Shown piece by piece: positions 15,722 through 23,372 of a stretch of DNA of 64,000 nucleotides. Source of the stretch: a virus. Lineage: Duplodnaviria; Caudoviricetes. The stretch covers positions 1,600 to 65,599 of the IMG/VR virus record IMGVR_UViG_3300044706_000051. One strand, given 5' to 3'. Both the position numbers and the translations under genes were made by a program. Numbering within the stretch: position 1 is the first letter of the stretch; the number at the start of each line of letters is the position of its first letter. The notes beneath the pieces are model-generated. The model searched no databases. It was not told the DNA's origin and saw only the letters and a program-made list of their open reading frames with translations.

Positions 15722-16651
15722 TCAGGCCGCCGCCGGCTGGGCGTGCCAGCGGCGGATCTCGGCCTTGTTGGCGTGGCGCACCTGAATCCGGCGCTTGGCG
15801 CCCTTGGGGGCGTCCTTGCGGCGGTCGGCGACGAAGTGCGAGCAGTGGGCGCAGGCGACGCCCCGGGCCTCGGTCTGTGCCTTGATGACCTCCCAGTCCA
15901 TGAGCCGGGGGAGGTTCTTGGCCGGCCCCTTGCCGAGGAAGGTGCCGTCGGCGGTGTCGGCGCCGAGGGAGCTGACGTAGCTCAGCCGCTGCGAGCTGTT
16001 CACCCGGCCGACGTGCACCTTCTTGCCCCGGCGCTTGGCCTCGGCGATCACGATGCGGGCGCCCTCGCCGAGCTTGAACTCGTTGCTCCCGCCGATGAAG
16101 GCCACCTCGAAGAGATCCCAGGGGATCTCGTCCAGCATGTCCTCCATGCCGTCCTGCATGACCATGGCGGCCGGCAGGCCCAGCTCGGTGATCCGGGGCA
16201 GCCACTCCTTGGCCCAGGCAATCGTCGTCTCGGGGTAGCTGGTGACGTGGACGCCGCACACCTGCGAGCGCTTGGCGTGGCCGGGGTTCACAGCGTTCGG
16301 GCAGGTGTGGTCGCAGACGTCGATGGCGTCGGGGGCGGTGGCGTAGATGCAGCTCGCCATGGTCGGGTCGTTCAGGCGGGCGACCGTCCGGGTCAGCCAG
16401 GCCCACCAGGCGGCGTGGTCGAACTGGAACCAGAAGGCACCCTGGTGGTAGGCGCCGTTGTCGGCGGCCCAGAAGGGGTAGCGGCAGAGCTGGACGACGT
16501 AGTTCGTGGCCGGCGTCGTCAGGAGGCCCATGTTGAGATCCCAGGCCAGGCCGCTGTCCCACAGCGGGTTGTTGGCGCCGGTCAGGTAGCGGGTCGAGCG
16601 GGCGTCGAGCTGGGCGAGGGTCTGAGCGGCGGGGGCGGTCGTTGTTGTCAT
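15722..16651 (-). CDS. TGT/DpdA-like (guanine transglycosylase) TIM-barrel protein
   Basis: ADNGAY (cf. DSGAF/DSGGF), APD, MQDG, FIGGS, VHVGRVN, GADTADGT (cf. GVDMFDC) in TGT order; leaderless start 6 nt after the -10. Confidence 0.65.
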   Translation of the reverse strand: MTTTTAPAAQTLAQLDARSTRYLTGANNPLWDSGLAWDLNMGLLTTPATNYVVQLCRYPFWAADNGAYHQGAFWFQFDHAAWWAWLTRTVARLNDPTMASCIYATAPDAIDVCDHTCPNAVNPGHAKRSQVCGVHVTSYPETTIAWAKEWLPRITELGLPAAMVMQDGMEDMLDEIPWDLFEVAFIGGSNEFKLGEGARIVIAEAKRRGKKVHVGRVNSSQRLSYVSSLGADTADGTFLGKGPAKNLPRLMDWEVIKAQTEARGVACAHCSHFVADRRKDAPKGAKRRIQVRHANKAEIRRWHAQPAAA

Positions 16652-16657
16652 GTCACC

Positions 16658-16686
16658 ACTGTAGGGCCTAGGCGTAGTAGTTGGAA
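16658..16686 (-). promoter_or_regulatory. conserved phage promoter copy 3: TTCCAA-17-TACAGT
   Basis: Shared spacer CTAC.ACGCCTAGGC and downstream GACATGACAAC as in copy 1. Confidence 0.72.
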
Positions 16687-16769
16687 CCCCTAGCCGGCTA
16701 GATCTTGCAGAAATTTTCGTGGCGGATGAGGTACGTCCCTTTTGTCCCATGCCCCGGACCGTATGGAGA

Positions 16770-16785
16770 GGGTGTGACGGTTATC
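16770..16785 (+). repeat. 16-bp direct repeat copy 2
   Basis: Identical to 13536-13551. Confidence 0.9.
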
Positions 16786-16851
16786 CCTTGCCAATCAGCC
16801 GGCGGTCAGGCCGGCCTGCACATCCGGCGGGCCTCCTTGCACATGTAGGTG

Positions 16852-16880
16852 TTGACAAGACCCAGCCGGTCCCCCATGCT
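16852..16880 (+). promoter_or_regulatory. putative housekeeping-sigma promoter TTGACA-17-CATGCT
   Basis: Perfect -35, 17-nt spacer, imperfect -10, 66 nt upstream of the plus-strand TOPRIM gene. Confidence 0.45.
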
Positions 16881-16946
16881 CAGCTCCGACATAGACGTCG
16901 GTGCTGGCCCTCGGGAGCCAGGACCGCTTTCCGTAGAGGAGACGAC

Positions 16947-18026
16947 ATGGCTAAGCGCCGTGGTGTGTACCGCGTGTACACCCCCAAGAAATTCCGGGCC
17001 GAGGCCCAGGACATCATCCGTAAGGCCCGCACCATCTGCGACGACTACGCCGCCCAGGGCTACGACCTGACGCTGCGCCAGATCTATTATCAATTCGTCG
17101 CCCGGGGCTGGATCGCCAACCGACAGACCGAGTACAAGCGGCTGGGCTCGATCCTCAACGACGCCCGGCTGGCCGGCGAGCTGGACTGGACGTCGATGGT
17201 GGACCGGACCCGCAACCTGATGTCCCTGCCGCACTTCAACGACCCCGGCGACTTCATCCACCGGATGGTGAACCGGTTCAACCACGACCTGTGGAAGAAC
17301 CAGCCGACGAGGGTGGAGGTGTGGGTGGAAAAGGACGCCCTGGTCGGCATCCTGGCCTCGGTCTGTCCCAACGAGGACGTCGCCTACTTCTCCTGCCGGG
17401 GCTACACCAGCCAGACGGAGATCTGGGGCGCCGCCCAGCGGGTCGGCAAGTACATGGCCGCCGGCCAGGACGTCGTCATCCTCCACCTGGGCGACCACGA
17501 CCCCTCGGGGATGGACATGACCCGGGACATCGAGGACCGCATGCGGCTGTTCCTCCACAAGGACGAGACGCAGGCGCACATCGCCTGGGCCAAGAACGAG
17601 ATCGAGGAGGGCCGGTTCCGCTACTACGAGGAGAACGCCTCGGACGAGTGGAAGGCCGAGTGGCGCGACGACTACCGCAAGCTGATCGCTCCCCGGGAGT
17701 GGGCCGGCTTCGAGGTCCGGCGCATCGCCCTGAACTGGGACCAGATCGAGCAGTACAACCCGCCGCCCAACCCCGCCAAGCAGACCGACGCCCGCTGGCA
17801 GCAGTACGTCGCCGAGACGGGCCTGACGGAGAGCTGGGAGCTGGACGCCCTGGAGCCCAACGTCCTGGCGACCCTCATCAGGGACGAGATCGAGTCCGAG
17901 CGCGATGGTGTCCTCTGGGCCGAGGCCGTCGAGGCCGAGGAGGCCCACCAGGCGCTGCTCAAGCAAGTCGCCGAGCGCTGGGACGACGTCGTGGCCTTCC
18001 TCAACGGCGAAGGCGAGGCGGCGTGA
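16947..18026 (+). CDS. Topo VI-A/Spo11/JetD-like TOPRIM protein
   Basis: N-terminal winged helix LTLRQIYYQFV; VWVEKDAL, RGY.S, HLGDHDPSG, RRIAL, WELDAL; AGAGGAG RBS. Confidence 0.8.
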   Translation: MAKRRGVYRVYTPKKFRAEAQDIIRKARTICDDYAAQGYDLTLRQIYYQFVARGWIANRQTEYKRLGSILNDARLAGELDWTSMVDRTRNLMSLPHFNDPGDFIHRMVNRFNHDLWKNQPTRVEVWVEKDALVGILASVCPNEDVAYFSCRGYTSQTEIWGAAQRVGKYMAAGQDVVILHLGDHDPSGMDMTRDIEDRMRLFLHKDETQAHIAWAKNEIEEGRFRYYEENASDEWKAEWRDDYRKLIAPREWAGFEVRRIALNWDQIEQYNPPPNPAKQTDARWQQYVAETGLTESWELDALEPNVLATLIRDEIESERDGVLWAEAVEAEEAHQALLKQVAERWDDVVAFLNGEGEAA

Positions 18027-18229
18027 TGGAACCGACCGAGGCTGCCCGCCGGCAGGCGGTGGTAGATCTCCTCCGCGCCATCGGCGACCTCCTCCGCGAG
18101 GCCGGCCACTCCGATGACGAGGTCGATCTGATTCAGTTCATGCTGTTCGACGCCATCGAGAAGCGCCACCAGCGCCAGACCACGGCCGACATGATCGCCG
18201 AGATGCAGGGGTGGCTGCGGGAGAGCTAG
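18026..18229 (+). CDS. small helical hypothetical protein (67 aa)
   Basis: TGATG overlap with TOPRIM gene stop. Confidence 0.65.
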   Translation: MEPTEAARRQAVVDLLRAIGDLLREAGHSDDEVDLIQFMLFDAIEKRHQRQTTADMIAEMQGWLRES

Positions 18230-19782
18230 ACCGCCGAGTGAGTGAGGAAGTCGGTCAGGGTATCGACGTTGAGGACGAGCCTGCCCTTGGCGTCGATGCC
18301 CCGGCCGTCCACCACGGCGTCGGCCACCGCCCGCTTCGCCATGAGCATGTCGTACATGCGCTCCTCGATGGAGCCGGCCATGACCACGGTCACCAGCGTG
18401 ACCGACTCCCACTCCGAGCTGAGCCGGATGATGCGGGCCTGGCGCTGGTCGAACTTCCCCGCACTCCACGGCAGGTTGTAGTTGATGAGGTAGCTGGCCT
18501 GGGGCAGGTCGAGCCCGACGCCGCCGGCATCGGAGCTGAGGAAGAGCCGGCAGTGATCGTCGTGGGCGAACTTCTGGCGGGCCTTGTCGCGCTCGGCCGG
18601 CGTCTGGTCCCCGGTGAACAGGACGGGGCGCAGCTCTTCAAGGTCATGGCGCAGCAGGTGCAGGGACTCCTTGAAGAAGGAGAACAGTGCCGTCTTGTGC
18701 CCGGCGTCATCGATCTCCCGCAGCAGGGCCTTGGTGGCCTCGAACTTCGGCGCCGGCCCCAGGCCGTCCAGAAGGCCGTCTGCGGCCAGCTCGGCGGCGT
18801 AGGCACTGCCACTGCCCTGGGCCTTATCGAACTGCGTAGCGGACCACCTGAGTAGAGCTGGATGGTCACAGAGCATCCGCAGGCAGGTAAGCCGGGACAT
18901 GATCCGGCCCCGGGCGGCAGCCGACGCCGGATCGTCGTGCGCCGTCGGCGAGTAGTGGGCGAAGACGTTGAAGTTGCCGTACTGGCGAGCGGCGGTCAGC
19001 TCGGCCAGGAGATCCTTCACGATGTAGCGGTAGAGCTTGGCGCCGGCCGGGTCGAAGGGTACGGGGATGATCTCCTCGGTCACCTTGGGGAGCTGGTCGC
19101 GGACGTCGGGATCGTCGCGGCGCTTGCGGACCATGGCCGAGCTGAGCCGGCGGTGCAGCGTCGGCAGGTTGCGGTAGAACTTCACGCCGCCGAAGGAATT
19201 GCGGACGATGAACGTCTTGTCGAACACCTCGAAGCGGCCCAGGAGGTCGGGGTCGATCCACTGGAAGATCGAGTACACCTCCTCGGGCCGGTTCTCCAGG
19301 GGCTGACCGCTCAGGCCCCAGCGGTACGTCGAGCGCAGCCGCTTCACCCGCCGGCTGCGCTTGGACCGGAAGCTCTTAATGGCCTGCACCTCGTCGGCGA
19401 TGACGCAGTCCATGGGCAGGGCTTTCACATACTGGAAGTCATTTACCACCTGCTCGTAATTCAGGATGAGCCAGTCCGGTGGCTCGGCCATGGCGTGGGC
19501 GTACTGGAGCTGGCGCCGGGCCGGCGGCCCCTCCACCAATTTGATGGTGACGGCGCCGGACGTGAACGTCTCGATCATGCGCTTCCACTGGTACTTGAGG
19601 CTGGCCGGCGCCACCACCATGGCCGTGGCGATCTCGCCCCTGTCGAGCAGCTCCTCGGCGGCGGCAATGGTGATCACCGTTTTGCCGAGCCCCATTTCCA
19701 GCGCCAGCAGCGCCTGCCGGCGCTCCAAGAGGAATTTCAGCGCCTCGGCCTGGAAACCGTACAGCTCGCCCTTGAAGCTCAT
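18226..19782 (-). CDS. SNF2-family helicase
   Basis: LALEMGLGKT, VAPASL..QW, IADEVQAIK, GLSGQPLENRPEE, GGVGLDL, NLPWS....DQR.ARI.R. Confidence 0.93.
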   Translation of the reverse strand: MSFKGELYGFQAEALKFLLERRQALLALEMGLGKTVITIAAAEELLDRGEIATAMVVAPASLKYQWKRMIETFTSGAVTIKLVEGPPARRQLQYAHAMAEPPDWLILNYEQVVNDFQYVKALPMDCVIADEVQAIKSFRSKRSRRVKRLRSTYRWGLSGQPLENRPEEVYSIFQWIDPDLLGRFEVFDKTFIVRNSFGGVKFYRNLPTLHRRLSSAMVRKRRDDPDVRDQLPKVTEEIIPVPFDPAGAKLYRYIVKDLLAELTAARQYGNFNVFAHYSPTAHDDPASAAARGRIMSRLTCLRMLCDHPALLRWSATQFDKAQGSGSAYAAELAADGLLDGLGPAPKFEATKALLREIDDAGHKTALFSFFKESLHLLRHDLEELRPVLFTGDQTPAERDKARQKFAHDDHCRLFLSSDAGGVGLDLPQASYLINYNLPWSAGKFDQRQARIIRLSSEWESVTLVTVVMAGSIEERMYDMLMAKRAVADAVVDGRGIDAKGRLVLNVDTLTDFLTHSAV

Positions 19783-19818
19783 GTGTGGCCGCCCCGCCAC
19801 CCTGGGTAGTGGGCCGAC

Positions 19819-19932
19819 ATGTACAACCCGCCGCCCCGCCGCCGCTGGTATGGAGGCCCCATGTACGTCGGACCCGTTGGCCTCATCCTGTTAATTCTGC
19901 TCCTGCTGCTGTTATTTGGCTACTGGCGCTGA
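19819..19932 (+). CDS. 37-aa membrane microprotein (DUF3309-like), not in ORF track
   Basis: MYNPPPRRRWYGGPMYVGPVGLILLILLLLLLFGYWR fills the intergenic gap exactly; internal ATG 19861 has GGAGG RBS. Confidence 0.6.
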   Translation: MYNPPPRRRWYGGPMYVGPVGLILLILLLLLLFGYWR

Positions 19933-20379
19933 TCACCACAGCGAGGTGAAAGCGGCCAGGCCACCGGCCAGGTGGACGCCGCGCCCGCCGTAAGTGAACA
20001 CCCGCTCGGGGTCGGCGTCGTAGACGAAGCGGACGTCGGGCATGAACGCCAGCTTCCGCGCCAACAACGCCGGGGAGCTGGAGAACACCGAGCTGACGGG
20101 GACGTCCATCCCCAGGCGCTTCTCCAGCTCCCTGGCAAAGCCAGCCGGCCGGTAGGTCACGACGTCGAAGCGGTAGTTGTAGCGCCAGGCGACGTCCCAC
20201 AGCAGGGCGTGCGAGCGCGGCGGAATCATCCAGCAGTCCACCGCCGTCCTCCAGCGGTGGAACTTGACCGCCGTCCGCTCCCGGGCCTCGGCCGTCTTCG
20301 AGGGCAGCGTCCCGATGGTGTTCTCGAAGACGAAGAGCAGCCGGGGAGCCACCTCGTTGGAGAGATCCCCGCCCTGCAT
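19933..20379 (-). CDS. hypothetical protein, possibly HAD-like
   Basis: MQGGDLSNEVAPRLLFVFE; TGATG coupled to upstream small gene. Confidence 0.7.
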   Translation of the reverse strand: MQGGDLSNEVAPRLLFVFENTIGTLPSKTAEARERTAVKFHRWRTAVDCWMIPPRSHALLWDVAWRYNYRFDVVTYRPAGFARELEKRLGMDVPVSSVFSSSPALLARKLAFMPDVRFVYDADPERVFTYGGRGVHLAGGLAAFTSLW

Positions 20380-20543
20380 CAGCGGCTGTCCCGCAGGTTG
20401 TCGAGGCGCTGCTCCAGATGGTCAATCTTGGCGCTGTTGCGGTCGTTCTGGCCGCAGCTCCCGGCCGCCACCATCAGGGCGCAGATCGAAATGAGAACGG
20501 CCACCGCCGCCACCCCCCAAGCCCGGACCTCGTCGTTCTTCAA
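20379..20543 (-). CDS. 54-aa TM/lipoprotein-like microprotein, not in ORF track
   Basis: MKNDEVRAWGVAAVAVLISICALMVAAGSCGQNDRNSAKIDHLEQRLDNLRDSR; TTGA and TGATG overlaps at both ends. Confidence 0.7.
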   Translation of the reverse strand: MKNDEVRAWGVAAVAVLISICALMVAAGSCGQNDRNSAKIDHLEQRLDNLRDSR

Positions 20544-20779
20544 TCGGGGAGCTTCCTCTGCTCACTCCAGCTTTTAGCCGCCTGGTCGTGGAAGTAGTCG
20601 GCCACGCCCTGGAGCCGGCGCCGATCCTCGATGGCGAGGCAGCCCGACTCGATGACCACCGTGATGGCGTTGGCGTAGGCGTCCAGTGCCGGCGGGGCGA
20701 ACACGTCCTGGCGACGGATGACCACGGCGTCGGGCACCGGCTCGCCGGTCACCTTGTACACGATGTACTTCTGATCCAT
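20540..20779 (-). CDS. hypothetical protein
   Basis: 79 aa, AGGAG RBS. Confidence 0.7.
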   Translation of the reverse strand: MDQKYIVYKVTGEPVPDAVVIRRQDVFAPPALDAYANAITVVIESGCLAIEDRRRLQGVADYFHDQAAKSWSEQRKLPD

Positions 20780-20788
20780 GTCGTTCTC

Positions 20789-21097
20789 CTATTCGAGCAT
20801 CAGTACACGACCGTTGTCGTACAGCCACTGCCGGAAAGCGTTGGCGTCGTTCATCAGCTCCGGGGTGAGCTGAGCGTCCTCCCGCATGACGGCGGCGATG
20901 TAGCCACCGTGGGCCTCCACCTGATTGGTGACGTAGATGGTGTGCTTGCAGTAGTGCCGCAGCTCCCAGCCCTTGCAGGTGCAGGCCAGGCGGTCGGTGG
21001 GGACGTGGAGGTACACCTCGTAGACCTGGGCGCGGTCTGACGCCTTGCCCAGGAAGATCTGGAGCAGCCGGAACTCAGGATTGCCGCTGAGCTGCAA
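20789..21097 (-). CDS. SWIM zinc-finger protein
   Basis: ACTCKGWELRHYCKH = CxC...CxH. Confidence 0.8.
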   Translation of the reverse strand: MQLSGNPEFRLLQIFLGKASDRAQVYEVYLHVPTDRLACTCKGWELRHYCKHTIYVTNQVEAHGGYIAAVMREDAQLTPELMNDANAFRQWLYDNGRVLMLE

Positions 21098-22088
21098 GCC
21101 GGGCCTCCCTCCACGCTCGGAACCGGGCGCCCGGCTCCTGTTGCGGTCGTTCCCTCAATGGTGGCTCCGGTGGCCGCCACAGGATCGGATGGACACGGTG
21201 CCGGCGGATCTCGGCCGACGTCATCTCCCCGATGTCCTTGCCGGCGATGCCGGTGTAGTCCAGACAGCGAAACCGCCGGCCCTTCTTCCACTGGGCGTGC
21301 CAGATCTGGTTGCGCTGGGCGATGCCCGTTTCGTCGTTGTCGAGAGCCAAGACGACATCGTCGGCCCGGTCATGGATCAGGTCGAGCTGGTGGTTGGAGA
21401 CGTAGGCACCGAAGGTCGCCACCCCACCCTCGACGCCCTCGGAATACAGACGCACGACGTCGAGCGGCGACTCCACCACGACCGCCCAGCCGTTCTTCGG
21501 GAGCTGGGCCAGGCCGAAGACGCAGAGCTTCTTCTCCAGGCCCTTTGGCCGGTTGCAGAAGTAGCCGTCACCCTTGCGCTGAAAACCGACCAGCTCCCCG
21601 TATTCGTCGTGGATGGGAATGATCCAGTGATCAAGCTCGGGATCCCACCGGACGCCGTAGTGGACGACGGCGAACCGCTCCAGCGCTCGAGCCTGGAGCG
21701 CCCAGTCAGGCGGGTCACAGAAGCTCTCCAGACGCCTCTGTAGGCCCTTAGGAGGCGCCGCCTTGGGCTTCGGGGCTTCCCGTACCCGACCGGCCTCTCG
21801 GAGCTTCCTGACGGCCGTACGGCGGGTGTAGTCGGCCAGCCATTCCGACACCTCATCGGTGTCGCCCTCCATGCGGGCGATGAGCTGGCGCAAAGTCCCG
21901 CTGAAAGGGCAGCTCCAGCAGTGGTGGACGAGCAATTCCTTGTCCATCGACCAGCTCGGCTTGGAGTCCGGCCGGCCCTTGTACTCCTCATGCGCCGGGC
22001 AGAACCCGAACACCCGCCGGTCGTTTTCGCTCGACAGCTCCAGGCCGAGGTCGGAGAGGATCCCCCACAGGTCAAGGCTGGTCATCAT
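21075..22088 (-). CDS. dnaG: DNA primase (Zn finger + TOPRIM)
   Basis: CPAH...HCWSC Zn finger; VVESPLD; LALDNDETG; KDIGE. Confidence 0.9.
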   Translation of the reverse strand: MMTSLDLWGILSDLGLELSSENDRRVFGFCPAHEEYKGRPDSKPSWSMDKELLVHHCWSCPFSGTLRQLIARMEGDTDEVSEWLADYTRRTAVRKLREAGRVREAPKPKAAPPKGLQRRLESFCDPPDWALQARALERFAVVHYGVRWDPELDHWIIPIHDEYGELVGFQRKGDGYFCNRPKGLEKKLCVFGLAQLPKNGWAVVVESPLDVVRLYSEGVEGGVATFGAYVSNHQLDLIHDRADDVVLALDNDETGIAQRNQIWHAQWKKGRRFRCLDYTGIAGKDIGEMTSAEIRRHRVHPILWRPPEPPLRERPQQEPGARFRAWREARLAAQRQS

Positions 22089-23367
22089 CGTCCTCGTACG
22101 TTTCTTCGTCGTCGTCACTCTCAAGGACGTCCTGCTCGTCGCCGAAGGCACCCCGCGCCCAGTTCCACTCGATGACCACGGTGTGCGCCGCGCAATGCCG
22201 GGCCTTGACCACCCGCAGGATGCGCTCGGTCTTCTCCCGCTGCTCGTCTTTCTCCAGGGCGAACATGACGTCGGAGTCCTGGGCGAAGGAGCTGGAGTAG
22301 CCCGGCGAGTACATGTCCAGCTTCCGGTGACCCTTGCGGCTGCCCTTGCTGGTCTTCGACATCAGCGCCTGGGTGGTCATGATGATCGGGATCTCGCGGC
22401 GCTGAGCGAGCTGCTTCAAGCCCCGGGTGATGTTGGTCATGGCCTGCCAGTCGGTCCCCGGCATCTTCGTGACCTCGTCGTGCATGAGGTACACCCCGTC
22501 GATGAACACGACGTCGGGCCGGTCGCGCCGCAGGAGAGCTGACTCCAGGCCCGAGATGGTGGCGCCCCGGGTGATGTCGGTGCAGAGCGTGAAGATGCTC
22601 CGCTCCTCGATGACCTTCTTGGCGGCGAAATAGCGCTCCTTCTCGTCGTCCTTCAACCGCCAGGAGATCAACCGGTTGTACGGCACGCCGATCTCCATCG
22701 CCACGTAGCGGCCGAACTGCTCCTCGTCGCTCATCTCGAAAGACATGAAGTACGGGACGTAGCCGTTCTTCTGTGCCTCCCGGGCCATGAGCAGTCCGAG
22801 GGTGGACTTACCGGCGCCGGCCAGGCCGGCGATGGTAACGAGCTGAGTGGGCTGGAACCCGAGCGTGGCCCGATTGATGGTCGGGAAGCCAGTCGGAATA
22901 CCGATGAGCCCGTCCTTGGCGTCGGCCCTCGCCATCCAGATCGACTCGAAGCGGGTGAACAGGTCGGCGACGTTGGCCTCCTTCGCCTGGTCATTCAAGC
23001 TGCTGGTCATCCGCAGCGTCTCGGCCAGCGCCTCCCGGGCCGCCACCGGATCGTGCTGCCCGATGGCCGTCGCCCAGCGGTCGCCGCCCTCCTGATGTAG
23101 CCGGATCTCATAGCGCTGCTTGACCTGGGAGATCCAGTAGTCGAGCGGCTCGTCGGGCGTCTTGAGCTTGAAGCTGGGGAACTCGTTGCGGATCACGACC
23201 GCGGACGGCGAGCGCCCATACTCCTGCAAAAACTGCCGGGCGCGCCCGTATATCCGCCGTGGCTGCTCCTCGGTGAACATATCCTCGGTAACGCCGGCCG
23301 CCACCACCGACTCGAAGTCGATGTCGTAGGTCGCTCGGGCGATGAGGAGGGCTTCTGCCGTAGGCAT
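22072..23367 (-). CDS. dnaB: DnaB-like replicative helicase
   Basis: IPTGF, AGLAGAGKST, SFEMS, VFIDGVYLM, QDSDV, KARH. Confidence 0.92.
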   Translation of the reverse strand: MPTAEALLIARATYDIDFESVVAAGVTEDMFTEEQPRRIYGRARQFLQEYGRSPSAVVIRNEFPSFKLKTPDEPLDYWISQVKQRYEIRLHQEGGDRWATAIGQHDPVAAREALAETLRMTSSLNDQAKEANVADLFTRFESIWMARADAKDGLIGIPTGFPTINRATLGFQPTQLVTIAGLAGAGKSTLGLLMAREAQKNGYVPYFMSFEMSDEEQFGRYVAMEIGVPYNRLISWRLKDDEKERYFAAKKVIEERSIFTLCTDITRGATISGLESALLRRDRPDVVFIDGVYLMHDEVTKMPGTDWQAMTNITRGLKQLAQRREIPIIMTTQALMSKTSKGSRKGHRKLDMYSPGYSSSFAQDSDVMFALEKDEQREKTERILRVVKARHCAAHTVVIEWNWARGAFGDEQDVLESDDDEETYEDDDDQP

Positions 23368-23372
23368 TGATC

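Noticed and set aside
15212-16693. Long plus-strand ORFs antisense to real genes (also 3370..4590, 16806..17966 minus, 28293..29690, 48898..50466, 54041..55780 etc.)
   Set aside because: Shadow ORFs typical of high-GC coding DNA; the opposite strand carries recognisable proteins
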